A DNA stretch of 64,000 nucleotides, taken from positions 93,175,492 through 93,239,491 of the forward strand of contig NC_068982.1 of the NCBI RefSeq assembly GCF_001194135.2. The letters run 5' to 3'. This document shows, in pieces, positions 49,546-63,876 of this stretch. The position numbers and the translations under genes were made by a program. The DNA comes from Octopus bimaculoides (lineage: Eukaryota). The notes beneath the pieces were generated by a model. It saw nothing but the letters and a program-made list of their open reading frames with translations, made no database searches and was not told where the DNA came from. The first letter of the stretch is position 1, and each line of letters begins with the position of its first letter.

Positions 49546-51339
49546 TAAAGAGAGAGAGAGAGAGACAGAGAGTATCTGCACGTGCGTGCTGGCATATATA
49601 CGTTGGCTGGTTTTATAAAATCTAAAAACTTCATGCGCCAACAGTTTAGTAAAATGAAGCATCGGTGTTGAATCGAAACAATGAACGTGTTCAGAGAAGC
49701 ATATATAAGTATATTAGTGTATTTTCGCACTGTCTGTATTTTACTGTATTTCATTTTTTATCTTCTTTTACACTTTTTTCTCGAAATTATACAATCGCCT
49801 TCTTCTTGTATAACTTTCGTCTCTGCGTGTGGCTATTAATTACTCAAGTGAATATTCTTGACAGGTCCATGTAATTAGTTTTACTTTGCGCTAACAAAGC
49901 ACCACTGGAAAAATGAATTCTTCACACCGCTTACTAATTTCTTCTTCCCACTCCAAAAAGAAATAAATACATACATACATGCACACCACGCACGCACGCA
50001 CGCACACGAACGCACACACACACACACACACACACATATACTCATGCATATGTGTATAAGTATGTATGTAAATGTATATATATACGTGTATTGAAAAGTA
50101 ATGAATTAGTTGACGGCTATCATTATTTTCAGTGAGTGAAAAGATTGTGGTCCTAGAACGCTGAGCTAAATGGATAAGAATTTTCTAGTCTCACTCTTCT
50201 AAGATTTTCTACGTTAATCTCCCATTGGGGTCGACTTTACCTTTCAACTGTAAAACAAAATAAGCACCATTAAGACTATGACGTAGAAGAAAATGTTACT
50301 ACTACTACTACTACTACTACAAATATATACACTTCGACTATACCCCAGCGTTACAAGACGTGGGCTTATGCATTTATATAAAATCCTGTCTGCCAAAGCA
50401 AGCGCCAAACTGGCTACTTTACTGCAACTAGTTCAGTACCCACTGATCTCAGTTCCAATCCCACATGATCTGGTTTTACCTTTTATCTTTTTAGGGTAGA
50501 TAAAATGAGTATCAGTAGTTCACACTGATTGTAATTCAGTAGATTATACCCCTCCCATAATAGAATTGGCCTTGAGCCGAGACGAAATATTTCCTTTTTA
50601 TAGATTAATGCAAATGGTGCAGACAGTAGAATGAGCCACCACGATGCTTTATGCTATCTTCTTCACTGCTTCACTGCTCTAAATTCAAATCCCTACGGAA
50701 TCGTCTTTGCCTTTCATCCTTCGATAAAGTAGGTTGCTCTCGTAGACCACAAGACCAGTTTCTGAAATGTAAATAGTTGTAGTCGATTGAATTGACACTA
50801 GTATCTTATTGACAATTTCAGAATTTCAGACACTAGATGAGTGTCTGAACTATAAAGTCGACTTCGGTTTTGACGAACGAAAAATAGAGTTGAACTTAGA
50901 AGGACATTAACGAACGAATATAATGTCTGGTGAACTACTGTTTTTCTTCACTAACTCACCTCCTTCAACGAGACCAAGTGAAGACTTCTGGGATCAACAA
51001 AAATGTTCAATTTGTTACTTGTATTTGTTGATTTCATGAGAACAGATATATCAAGACTGGGGATTAGAATACAATCACTAACAATAATATATTGATGTTG
51101 CTTTAGTTGAAGCTACTCCATTTTTAATAAATTTACTGGCTAGCCAAATGAATTTCTAGTTCTACCACTGCTTTTCAAAAAGGAGAAACATATAAATATT
51201 ATGATTTTTGTTTTGAAGTGTTATTGTTGATAATTGATGTTTTAGTGAATCTCTATTCGTCTAACGAATACTGATCTCTTTGCCTGATTTTGTCTACTAC
51301 ATCGCTTCTTTTTCCTTACTTCATACGGAGCTTTTATAC

Positions 51340-51800
51340 ATAAAGTAGTACCATTTCTTTCGGACCTTGGTATAATATTCTCATTATTAAAATTTTTGCC
51401 AAATTATCTCAAAGAATTCTTAAGTGAATCTTTAGATCGTTCTTCGGGCTTCCCTGAGAACATCTTCATTATATTAAATGTCTTTCCCAGTGCATTTTAA
51501 GACTGGATCAGTAGAAGTAGATGATGGGTACGCTTGCTTCAGTTAATTTATACGAGTAGTGGAAAACTCGTCAACATTGCATTAAAACCAACCTCTGAGC
51601 AGTCATCAGTATGCAGAAATTCTCTGGTGACAGCTTTCTTTACCTTTATTTTGTCAAGGGGCTTCTTGAAGTAGAACAAATTATGATCCGATACCTGAAT
51701 ATCTTTGAACGAAACGGTCTGCAGCGGAAAAAAATTAGGTTCAATGGTGTCTTTAGAAAACACAACACTGTTTGGGACCGTTGTAGACAGTAAATAACTT
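51340..51800 (-). mobile_element. Possible LINE AP-endonuclease relic
   Basis: KDIQVSDHNLFYF (SDH motif) only. Confidence 0.35.
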
Positions 51801-52700
51801 TGATTTTACGTTCTCTGGGACTCTTACCTATGCGCGCGTATAACGTTACTTCCTCATAGACCTGAACTTTCAGTGGTATCTTTGCATGGCTAATTACACC
51901 ATAAAGGTAATATCATAACAGATAACATGATACACCAATTCACTGTACTCACATTCTATAAACTAAAGGTAAAGGAAAACTTTTCCATTTCCCCGAAAAA
52001 AAGACTTTGCTCGAAACGTCGGAATCTTTTCTCACTACAGTATACAAACTTTACACATTTTTACGAAAGCTACGATGTATTTTTAAGTTTCTGATCCATC
52101 CAACTGTAAACACACTAGTCTCAGCGATACACATATTTCTGCAAAACGGCTTGGACTTTTCAACGATCATTGAATCTACAAACAGCATACCTTCAGACGG
52201 CTTTGCTGTAAACAGCGTAAATAACACTACAATCAGTTCTGAGGCTTTTGACTTTTTTTTTACTGCTTCCTGGACATCAACATCTTTACTTGTCTCTGAA
52301 TCAGCAAAAACGACATTAACTTATCAGTTTGTTTCGTAATGTCATAAATTTTCGAGCGTGTCTTATATCCACAGATCTTACGCTCTAGTAGTCATTATCT
52401 TTCAAACGCCATATTATTTCAGATTTTAATTTTCGGCTGCAATGTTAGGGCTACATGCTTTCTTTTCACAACTTTTCTAAATAGGTTATTCTTACATGAC
52501 TTTGGAAGACCTTTCCACGTATGGATAAAGTAAAACACTCGGGCGATGGCCACTGATTTTTCAACGTGAATATCAACACCGATGGAGAGACAGCGGCTTA
52601 AAAAAAGAAAAATTAGACAAGCGCAAATAATGTGTTGAACAATCGGATCTGATTGACTACAGTATACCAGATTAAAGGAACTTTACAGTACGTAACATGT

Positions 52701-52904
52701 AATAGTACACACAGCAGAAAATTATAATTGGAATGTATGTCATCTTCACTAAAAGACGAATTAAAAAGTTATCCTAGGCTGACCCCTAAATACAATGCCA
52801 ACTTTTGAACTGAAGTCTAAAAACCGATGGCTTCTAAGATTTTTGTACAACTTTAGTTACTGAATATTTATGGCAATCTCTTCAGACGGCAACTTTCTCT
52901 CTCA

Positions 52905-52984
<80 letters not shown>

Positions 52985-53216
52985 CTCTCACTCTCTCTCT
53001 CTTTCTTTCTCTCACTCTCTCTCTCTTTCTTTCTCTCTCACTCACACACTCACAAATATGTGAGTGCCCGAACATACACGCCCACACTAGCCTATACAGA
53101 TAAACGGACACGTAGTCGCACATGCACACACACACACACATACATATATACGCATAAAACAAACACACTAAAGTAAAAACAAGAACACAGGCACATATAC
53201 ACACTCACACACATAC
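52701..53216 (+). repeat. About 520-bp segment duplicated at 56033-56550
   Basis: aatagtacacacagcagaaaattataattgg... is near identical at both sites; the CT-microsatellite differs. Confidence 0.9.
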
Positions 53217-53343
53217 AGACACACATACTAAAAATAAGACAAAAATAAACGACAAAATATGCACACAGACACATACATGCATACATACATAAAGGCATAC
53301 AAACACATCACGAAAGTACGAAAAGTAAACAAATGCAAGCACG

Positions 53344-53406
<63 letters not shown>

Positions 53407-54337
53407 CACACCACATATACACACACATACAGACATACAGTGAGGATTGCAGAGGAGGAACACGTGTTAGTTGGGAAAGTAAATAAAAATTTCTCGCGAG
53501 CTCACACAAACACCCACACCTCCCTAACACACACATTTTCACACGCATGTATGTATATATGTGTACATGTATTTGTGTATATATGTCTACATATGTATAT
53601 ATATANNNNNNNNNNNNNNNNNNNNNNNNNNNNNNNNNNNNNNNNNNNNNNNNNNNNNNNNNNNNNNNNNNNNNNNNNNNNNNNNNNNNNNNNNNNNNNN
53701 NNNNNNNNNNNNNNNNNNNNNNNNNNNNNNNNNNNNNNNNNNNNNNNNNNNNNNNNNNNNNNNNNNNNNNNNNNNNNNNNNNNNNNNNNNNNNNNNNNNN
53801 NNNNNNNNNNNNNNNNNNNNNNNNNNNNNNNNNNNNNNNNNNNNNNNNNNNNNNNNNNNNNNNNNNNNNNNNNNNNNNNNNNNNNNNNNNNNNNNNNNNN
53901 NNNNNNNNNNNNNNNNNNNNNNNNNNNNNNNNNNNNNNNNNNNNNNNNNNNNNNNNNNNNNNNNNNNNNNNNNNNNNNNNNNNNNNNNNNNNNNNNNNNN
54001 NNNNNNNNNNNNNNNNNNNNNNNNNNNNNNNNNNNNNNNNNNNNNNNNNNNNNNNNNNNNNNNNNNNNNNNNNNNNNNNNNNNNNNNNNNNNNNNNNNNN
54101 NNNNNNNNNNNNNNNNNNNNNNNNNNNNNNNNNNNNNNNNNNNNNNNNNNNNNNNNNNNNNNNNNNNNNNNNNNNNNNNNNNNNNNNNNNNNNNNNNNNN
54201 NNNNNNNNNNNNNNNNNNNNNNNNNNNNNNNNNNNNNNNNNNNNNNACATATACATATATATGTACATACTGATATATACTCACATTTACACACACGTAT
54301 ATATGTTTATATATATGTGTATATGTGCCTGTGCGTT

Positions 54338-54371
<34 letters not shown>

Positions 54372-54904
54372 TGTGTGTATATATGTACGTAGGTATGCAT
54401 GTATGTATGTATGCACATATGTATATATGTATGTGTGTATGTATGTATGTAAGCATGTATGTATATATGCATGTATGCATGTATGTATGTACACGCAAAC
54501 ACACACACACGTTTTTACCATTTGTTTATGTATTTGCCAAACCCCAAATATCACTTACCCCCAATACTCCGGTGTATTTTACAAGACTGTTTTTATTTAC
54601 CTAATGGACGGCGTACATTTTGTTTTTTCAACAATCAAATCCTCTTTTTAATGCTATATTTTAGTTTCCACGGTTTTTTAATAGCTCTGTGCAATTTTCA
54701 AAGCACTGTAATTCAATGTTTTAGATATATTTATGTAATCACTTATCTATAACCGACGCATAATGTTTTATATAAGTTTCTCTTTTGTCATTATTTTACA
54801 AATACTCTGTGGTATTCTTTTATTATTTTACACGTTTCAGTCCTAAGGCTGTGACCATGCTGGCGGAGCACCGTAACAACGCAATTCAAATATATATATA
54901 GCGC

Positions 54905-55095
54905 TTTTACTCTTTTGCTCTTACTCTTTCACTTGTTTCAGTCATTTGACTCCAGCCATGCTGAAGCACCGCCTTTAGTCGGACAGATCGACCCCAAGAC
55001 TTATATTTTGTAAGCGTAGTACTTATTCTATCGATCTCTTTTGCTGAACCGTTAAGTTACAGGGACGTAAACACACCAACGTCGGTTGTCAAGCG
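54905..55095 (-). mobile_element. SINE family B 3' half
   Basis: cacttgtttcagtcatttgactccagccatgctgaagcaccgcctttagtc...gtcggttgtcaagcg. Confidence 0.85.
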
Positions 55096-56032
55096 TTTTA
55101 TCAAGAACCGAAACATGCAAAATATCTCTGAGAAAATTAATATTTATCGCATATAGTGGCGTTTTCAAACTTCTTTTTTATAAATATATACCCACTCGTA
55201 TGCCACCTACACTTTTTATCAATATATATATATAAGTAATATATAAATATTTGCATATATCCATACATATATGTACATACCTACATACTTAGACAACCAA
55301 GACCCAAGAAGGAAGAAAAATTAANNNNNNNNNNNNNNNNNNNNNNNNNNNNNNNNNNNNNNNNNNNNNNNNNNNNNNNNNNNNNNNNNNNNNNNNNNNN
55401 NNNNNNNNNNNNNNNNNNNNNNNNNNNNNNNNNNNNNNNNNNNNNNNNNNNNNNNNNNNNNNNNNNNNNNNNNNNNNNNNNNNNNNNNNNNNNNNNNNNN
55501 NNNNNNNNNNNNNNNNNNNNNNNNNNNNNNNNNNNNNNNNNNNNNNNNNNNNNNNNNNNNNNNNNNNNNNNNNNNNNNNNNNNNNNNNNNNNNNNNNNNN
55601 NNNNNNNNNNNNNNNNNNNNNNNNNNNNNNNNNNNNNNNNNNNNNNNNNNNNNNNNNNNNNNNNNNNNNNNNNNNNNNNNNNNNNNNNNNNNNNNNNNNN
55701 NNNNNNNNNNNNNNNNNNNNNNNNNNNNNNNNNNNNNNNNNNNNNNNNNNNNNNNNNNNNNNNNNNNNNNNNNNNNNNNNNNNNNNNNNNNNNNNNNNNN
55801 NNNNNNNNNNNNNNNNNNNNNNNNNNNNNNNNNNNNNNNNNNNNNNNNNNNNNNNNNNNNNNNNNNNNNNNNNNNNNNNNNNNNNNNNNNNNNNNNNNNN
55901 NNNNNNNNNNNNNNNNNNNNNNNNNNNNNNNNNNNNNNNNNNNNNNNNNNNNNNNNNNNNNNNNNNNNNNNNNNNNNNNNNNNNNNNNNNNNNNNNNNNN
56001 NNNNNNNNNNNNNNNNNNNNNNNNNNNNNNNN

Positions 56033-56550
56033 AATAGTACACACAGCAGAAAATTATAATTGGAATGTATGTCATCTTCACTAAAAGACGAATTAAAAAG
56101 TTATCCTAGGCTGACCCCTAAATACAATGCCAACTTTTGAACTGAAGTCTAAAAACCGATGGCTTCTAAGATTTTTGTACAACTTTAGTTACTGAATATT
56201 TATGGCAATCTCTTCAGACGGCAACTTTCTCTCTCTCACTCTCTCTCTTTCTTTCTCTCTCTCTCTTTCTTTTTCTCTCTCTCTTTCTTTCTCTCTCTCT
56301 CTTTCTTTCTCTCACTCTCACTCTTTCTTTCTCTCACTCTCTCTCTCTTTCTTTCTCTCTCCCTTTCTCTCTCACTCACACACTCACAAAATATGTGAGT
56401 GCCCGAACATACACACCCACACTAGCCTATACAGATAAACGGACACGTAGTCGCACATGCACACACACACACACATACATATATACGCATAAAACAAACA
56501 CACTAAAGTAAAAACGAGAACACAGGCACATATACACACTCACACACATA
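56033..56550 (+). repeat. Second copy of 52701-53216, starting at a gap edge
   Basis: Near identity outside the microsatellite. Confidence 0.9.
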
Positions 56551-56551
56551 C

Positions 56552-57022
56552 ATCTCAGAAAACAGGAAAATACCTCCCAGCCAGCACATCGACGAATGTG
56601 CTTACAACAAATTTCCCAAATTCACAACGTGGAGTGTGAGGGAAGCATAAACTCAGAAAAATATGTGTCCATATTGCAGAAAGGACTCTTTCCAATATTC
56701 TCCAGGGGTGAAATGATTAAAGAAGATTCTTTATTTATGGAAAATGGTGCGCCTTGTCACACGGCTAAATTGACCCAAGATTTGTTGGGGGAGAATGGCA
56801 TTAAAAGTGTTCCATGACCAAGCCAGTTACTAGATATTGAACACCTCTGGGACATAATGGACAAGACACTTCATAAAAAAGAACAAGAAGGCATCCTCAA
56901 AACCAGATCTTTTGAGATTACTGCATGAAATTTGCAAGAAGTCTGCTAGAGAATATTCGTCATCTGATCAGTAACATGCCTAACAGGGTCCTTGCAGTGA
57001 AAAGTGCAAAGGAAATATCTAC

Positions 57023-57025
<3 letters not shown>
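56552..57025 (+). mobile_element. Tc1-like transposase C-terminal relic
   Basis: GSINSEKYVSILQ...FMENGAPCHTAK...GIKSVP*PSQ...IEHLW...ISNMPNRVLAVKSAK...TKY. Confidence 0.85.
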
Positions 57026-57058
<33 letters not shown>

Positions 57059-57074
57059 CATTTGTGCATGTATG

Positions 57075-57110
<36 letters not shown>

Positions 57111-57591
57111 AACACACATGCATATACATAAACACAGGCACATACATTCAAATGTATGTACATACGTTGTACTTCAGTGTTTCATACCAAAAACAGCACC
57201 GTTTAACCAAATTGTTTACATGTATGTATGTATGTATGTATGTATGTATGTATTTATGAATGTATGTATGCATGTATGTATGCATGTTTAAACTGGAACT
57301 TAAGGTAAACCTTAGTACCGAGTGTTTTTAGTAAACACACAATCAAGTCTCGCAGTTAAAAGTAAATTAAGTGATTACACCATAGGTTTTTCTTTCCGTA
57401 TAACAGCTTTGTTTACTTTTCACAGCGAGGCTAAATTGTGAATTTCCTAAAACACACACTACTAAAGTTTACCTTGTATTTATAATTATCCTAAATAAAC
57501 TTTGTATTGTACAATGATATATACAAATGTATGAGTATTTGTATGCGGAGAGGACTTAGAGGATTTATACTCGTGCGCGTGTAAATTTATA

Positions 57592-57813
57592 CGAGGTGGT
57601 CGGGGGTGAAAAGTCCCTAGCTTTGGGTAAAAGAAAATGCAGGAGGATCAGTTAATTATGATTTTATTCAACATATTCCTATCTGAGATTCACACGCTTG
57701 TTGCAGTTGTCCTTCAGTTTTTCGAAGCCCTGTAAAATATATCGGAAGTTTCGGGCCTCAAACCAGACCTTTCGCGATACTCTTAAAGCTGAATGCTTTT
57801 CAGCACACCCTCG
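57592..57813. mobile_element. Mariner-derived MITE
   Basis: TA-flanked imperfect TIRs (cgaggtgg...tgaaaagtccctagcttt / aaagctgaatgcttttcagcacaccctcg). About 220 bp. Confidence 0.75.
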
Positions 57814-58812
57814 TAGATTTTAAAATGCATATCTTGATTCATTTTCCTGTATCCAACTTTTATGAATCACAAATGTTTTTATCCAGCTTTTATGAATCAC
57901 CGTCTTTTACATTTTATCTCTTACTTTTTTCAGTCATTACATTGTGGCCNNNNNNNNNNNNNNNNNNNNNNNNNNNNNNNNNNNNNNNNNNNNNNNNNNN
58001 NNNNNNNNNNNNNNNNNNNNNNNNNNNNNNNNNNNNNNNNNNNNNNNNNNNNNNNNNNNNNNNNNNNNNNNNNNNNNNNNNNNNNNNNNNNNNNNNNNNN
58101 NNNNNNNNNNNNNNNNNNNNNNNNNNNNNNNNNNNNNNNNNNNNNNNNNNNNNNNNNNNNNNNNNNNNNNNNNNNNNNNNNNNNNNNNNNNNNNNNNNNN
58201 NNNNNNNNNNNNNNNNNNNNNNNNNNNNNNNNNNNNNNNNNNNNNNNNNNNNNNNNNNNNNNNNNNNNNNNNNNNNNNNNNNNNNNNNNNNNNNNNNNNN
58301 NNNNNNNNNNNNNNNNNNNNNNNNNNNNNNNNNNNNNNNNNNNNNNNNNNNNNNNNNNNNNNNNNNNNNNNNNNNNNNNNNNNNNNNNNNNNNNNNNNNN
58401 NNNNNNNNNNNNNNNNNNNNNNNNNNNNNNNNNNNNNNNNNNNNNNNNNNNNNNNNNNNNNNNNNNNNNNNNNNNNNNNNNNNNNNNNNNNNNNNNNNNN
58501 NNNNNNNNNNNNNNNNNNNNNNNNNNNNNNNNNNNNNNNNNNNNNNNNNNNNNNNNNNNNNNNNNNNNNNNNNNNNNNNNNNNNNNNNNNNNNNNNNNNN
58601 NNNNNNNNNNNNNNNNNNNNNNNNNNNNNNNNNNNNNNNNNNNNNNNNNNNNNNNNNNNNNNNNNNNNNNNNNNNNNNNNNNNNNNNNNNNNNNNNNNNN
58701 NNNNNNNNNNNNNNNNNNNNNNNNNNNNNNNNNNNNNNNNNNNNNNNNNNNNNNNNNNNNNNNNNNNNNNNNNNNNNNNNNNNNNNNNNNNNNNNNNNNN
58801 NNNNNNNNNNNN

Positions 58813-59441
58813 CTACGACTACTAACCAGCATCAATCTCCACTAGCGTCAACACGACTTTCTATGTACACCAAACTAAACCACCGCGGCACATCTCTCTC
58901 TTCGATTATGTTAGGTGACTTAGCTTCACCACGATAATAAACAGACAAGAGAATTTCAGCCTGCGATAAACGTCTGTCCTCAAGGCCCTGGCATCGAAGC
59001 CAAAACACAACTAGTGATAAGCTCTGCCAAACGACGAACGACGAACATCTGTATAGCAAGAATCACGGCCCGGCATGGATGCCACGACATCACAACTAGT
59101 GATCAGCTCTGCCACACTCACAACCTCAACTCACTTCTTTCACATACAGACTCATACTATTGTGTACCTAAGAACTGGTATAAATGCCCACGTGTTATTT
59201 ACTGACTCTTTCTGTCTGCTGTAATAACTCACATACACATACATGTATCACTCACATACATACTTTTCTTTGTACGACGGCCTGTCTTTGATTATGTTCT
59301 TATATGTCGCATTCACACTCTCACATAGACATACATCTTTTACGCCACAATAAATATCTCTGTTATTCATCTTATACGGTTGCCTTCTATAGTCTTCATT
59401 ACTGGTACTTACGAATTCACATATGTTATCGTAGTATAACA
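58813..59441 (+). mobile_element. LTR-like segment (5' end in gap)
   Basis: Internal 24-bp direct repeat cacaactagtgat(a/c)agctctgcca, TATAAAT near 59179, AATAAA near 59350, ends ...GTATAACA. Confidence 0.6.
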
Positions 59442-59603
59442 TATCATGTATATCATCTTTGATATATATATTTTTGTATTCGACCGTGTGACACGTTTAA
59501 ATAAAAGGAGTCCTCTGTTTTTCCATTCGTCACCATTTCTCCTTTTTGAGTTCGCACGGTCGTTTCTTACATATATANNNNNNNNNNNNNNNNNNNNNNN
59601 NNN

Positions 59604-59634
<31 letters not shown>

Positions 59635-59662
59635 CATACATACATACATATGATGGACTTCT

Positions 59663-59803
59663 TTTAGTTCCTGTCTACCAAATCCACTCACGACGTTTTG
59701 GTCAGCCCGAGGCTATAGTAGGAGACACTTGCCCAAGATGCCACGAACCTCGTATCATGTGGTTGGGAAGCAAGCTTCTTACCACAGAGCCACATTTGCG
59801 CCT
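59663..59803 (-). mobile_element. SINE family B 5' half
   Basis: ctaccaaatccactcac...gcccgaggctatagtaggagacacttgccc...tggttgggaagcaagcttcttaccacagagccac. Confidence 0.85.
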
Positions 59804-60557
59804 ACATTTATATATCTACTATATAAATGCGATAGTATGTGGTTATCCCAGAAAGGCTCTGAAACGGTGCATTCTCGAGGAAAACTAATTTGATTTTTGA
59901 AATTTGTGTCATAAACAAAATGTCGTCTATAAATAATAATGATAAAAATATTTGTTACGAGGAATAACAACTCTCCCACTCTATTTTTCACCAATGTATC
60001 TCTCTTTTTATATTTACCATACTCTTTAATACTCACACTCTTTGTATATGTATTAACTCTCACGCATTGCTCTCATTTTGTTTAAAAACTCATCATATGT
60101 TTACTTTCTTTTTTGACAACTATTAGGTACAAATCTTGTTTTCTTATTGGATAAAAATGGTTAAACTTTAATCCTCTGAAACTTTTTTCTAAAATTTTTT
60201 CTGGAATAAACGAATCACAATCTTGGATTCAACGCGAAAAAGGACATCACTGTACCAAATTCGAAAATTTTCACTTAATTTTAAAACTTCAAAATCTATG
60301 ATAGCAACAAAAATGATCTTCTTCCCTCCCTCCCACCTCTCTCTCTCTCTTTCATTTTTCGTTTTTCTCATAATAAACTTCCTCTTCTCTATGCACCTTT
60401 GCCACACTCTCTCTCACTATAAAAGTACGTCGCTCATGCTGAGTGTCCGTGTTTGTGTGCATGCATGTGTATAAGGAATTTCATTAGGGCGACAAAGTAA
60501 TTTAAAAAGTAGATGATAATTTATCTTAATAGCATACTTTTTCGTGAGTAAATATAC

Positions 60558-60653
<96 letters not shown>

Positions 60654-61829
60654 ACTCACACACGGACTCGTTTGATGCGGAGTGGGGAATTAAAAATTTA
60701 ATTTACATAGTCCAGCAATGGATCACCCAAAAATGTGTTTATGGAGAGAAAAATATTGAAAAACATCAATACACGTCAGAGCGCCAAAGAAACGAGTAAG
60801 GTAGCAGGTAGTCGTGGGACGTGCTAGACACAATAGCTATATCTCCCTTAAATCACATACTTTTTCGCCTGAAAATTATTTTGAAATTATAAGCAAAAAC
60901 AAGTTGCATATTCGGTCTCTCTGTATTATAAAACTATGATTTTTAAAAAACTGGAGAAAAAGCCGAAATTTGAGGATTTATGGAGGGGCAGGGTTCATGA
61001 AAAAGGAATAAAATTTCCCCACTGTATTTAAATTACGTTTCATTTCCTGTTTGAAAATAAAGGAAGTGGGGATTGTGATGGTGATCACCTTTTCCAAATT
61101 TTTTTTCTATTTCTAAATAGGCCAAAATCAGTACTGAGTTGGGGAGTGGGATTGAAAAAAATTCATAAATTTTCGAAATTCTTTTTTTCTTTACTGAAAA
61201 GGTGTCCCCCGTTGTTTATAAGTGAGTAATGAAAAAAAAAATGCAGAAAAAAAACATGAACAAAATTTGTACGGAAGTTGTGATGAGGGATTCATAGATT
61301 TTCAAAACTATTTTCATAAATTGCTTTTCCCCATCATTTGCAAGGGTGCAAGTGGAAAACAAATTTGAAAAATCACCGTCAGAACGGAGAAAATTCGACT
61401 TATGTGGGTGTGCTATTCAGAAAGTCTGTCAAGACATTCTATTGTGAAAATTATCCGGCAAGGAAGAAAAAGCCCTCGGGATACTAAACAATGCTATATT
61501 CCCTCACTATCTAGAATCATGATATACTTCAACCCAATTACAATGTAGGGTTTTATATACCTGCAGTTTATGTTACAGAGTCCATGATCTTGTTTCTTAC
61601 ATTAAAAGTAACGATTTCATTACAGTTATTGAAATATAGACATCCTTTACTCTGTGACGATGTTTTGGTGTAGCTGTCTACAACTGGTTTCATATAGACC
61701 ACTCAGATGGTTGTGAGAATAATAGGATGGCTATGTTCGCTTAAGCTTTACAGTGATTTTTTTTTTTGCGATGATTTACAGTCTGTCACAACAAAAGGTG
61801 TTTTTTGTACTTCCGAATCCCGCCTAACT

Positions 61830-62310
61830 TTTGCTTGAGATTAGTAACAGTTTCCCAAATTACAATCAGGATTCAGAGATTTTTGACATCTTCAGAGTCC
61901 CATCCAAGAAAGCAGTTTCTCATGTTTTCATTACTGGTGATTTCAGTTTGATAAATCTTTCAATCTTTCACGGGTTGCAAGATGTAAACAGTTTCTTTGA
62001 TTTTGTACTGGATTCGAACTGGTCCAAGTAGGCACATCCTCTGGAGGAAGGAACAACACCTTAGATTTTTTATTTACTACAAGTCTCGGATTTGCTATCA
62101 GCGTTATTGCTGAGGGACCTTTAAGCAATTATGACTGTTGCCAGTCTGTCTCTAATAGGCAGACAGAAAAGTCAAACACCATCACCAAACTGTTCGCTTC
62201 GACTGGAACAAAGCCGACTGGAAATCTTATCATATCGAATTACAGTGCTCAAGGTAACTCGAAGTTTACGATTCCGGAGAGATTAAGATTATCTTACAGC
62301 ACATTCTAGA
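61830..62310 (+). mobile_element. CR1/L2-like AP-endonuclease relic
   Basis: PNYNQDSEIFD...VFITGDFS, and a frameshifted ...NNTLDFLFT motif. Confidence 0.55.
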
Positions 62311-62390
62311 TAACATCTAGGCCGCATGCAAAACTTCAGTACTACGTAAACACGCGGAAACCCCCGAAAGTGTAATATAATTCACAGCTA

Positions 62391-62411
62391 AATAATAATA
62401 ATAATTATAAA

Positions 62412-62477
<66 letters not shown>

Positions 62478-62498
62478 GATGATAATAATAATAATAAT

Positions 62499-62585
<87 letters not shown>

Positions 62586-62586
62586 T
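62391..62586. repeat. Compound (AAT)n/(AAC)n microsatellite
   Basis: Direct reading. Confidence 0.95.
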
Positions 62587-62787
62587 AATTCGTTTTATTG
62601 GCCACAAGGGCCAATATCAATTTAAAACATATAAGGACAAAGACAGGACGAAGGTTACAAAAGGTTTTGTCCGAAAAGGTAGGAAAGTTCGTCTAAACAG
62701 AGGAAGAAAACGGAGAAAGATATAATAAATAAATAGATAAATAAATAGATAAATAAATAAGTAGAACTCCCAAAGGGGGAGGCAAAT

Positions 62788-63320
62788 CCCTTGATGTAGT
62801 ACCAGGCAGTGGCTCTCATGGCTTTTCATCTTAACTGATTAGAAGTGTTATCGTGTACATTGCTTTGTCTTCGTATGAAAGATGGACTACAGCAAATATT
62901 CTGCTCAATACCATAGACTTGCTTGTCAGTTGTTTGACCTTAACCAGTTGATCATGTCCCTTAGCGGCTGACGATATGTGCATCTCTGATCACGAGCAGA
63001 AGTAGTAGAGGAGCATCATAGCCGTGTGCTGAGAAAAATTCTTTGGGATTTGGATAATTCACCTTTGGAAACATGAGTGCGTCGTTCAACATCCTTAAAC
63101 AGACCTTATTCAGGGACCTTTTGAGCAGGATGGGCTACTCAACCTGAAGAAAATTTTAACTGGGCCCTACCTGCAAGATCATGCGCTGTTTATCTTGATA
63201 TGAGATCATGTCACGCACATATGGTTGTGATGCATATGCTTGGTGTATCCTTATCAGACGAGTAGTCATGATGGGTATACTAGGCTTCGTGTCACTTTGA
63301 TGGCATGCACTGCTCTCTCA
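62788..63320. mobile_element. Family C element, full length
   Basis: Collinear with 22485-23040; ends gcactgctctctca followed by (AAT)n. Confidence 0.85.
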
Positions 63321-63394
63321 ATAATAATAAGATTAATAATAATATTATTATTATTAATAATAATAATAATAATAATAATGATGATGATAATAAT

Positions 63395-63780
63395 GCCCTG
63401 ATGCAGTAACAAGTAGTAGCTTGCACGGTTTCTGATCTCAATTCAATAAGTATTAACATGTACATTGTTTTGTCTTGCTATAAAAGATGGGTTACAGCAA
63501 ATATTCTGCTCAATACCACCGATTTGCTTGTCAGTTGCTTGACCTTAACCACTTGTTCTTTAGTGGCTGATGATACATGCACCTCTGATCACGATCTGGA
63601 GTAGTGGAGGAGCATCATAGCCATGTGTTGAGGGGAATTCTTTGGAGTTTGAATAATCAACCTCTGGAAACATAGGTGTTTCGCTCATCATCCTCAAACA
63701 ACCCTTATTCAAGGACCTTTTGAGCGGAATGGATTACTCGACTTGAAGAAAATTTTAACTGGACTCCACCTGCAAAGTAA
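63395..63780. mobile_element. Family C element, truncated at the right end
   Basis: Starts gccctgatgcag after (AAT)n and stops after ccacctgcaaag; (AAT)n follows. Confidence 0.8.
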
Positions 63781-63796
63781 TGTGGAGCTCTTTCAT

Positions 63797-63876
<80 letters not shown>

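Noticed and set aside
60679-61155. Three GG(A)AGTGGG(G)ATT-like motifs, possibly transposon subterminal repeats
   Set aside because: No TIR, TSD or coding remnant could be tied to them.
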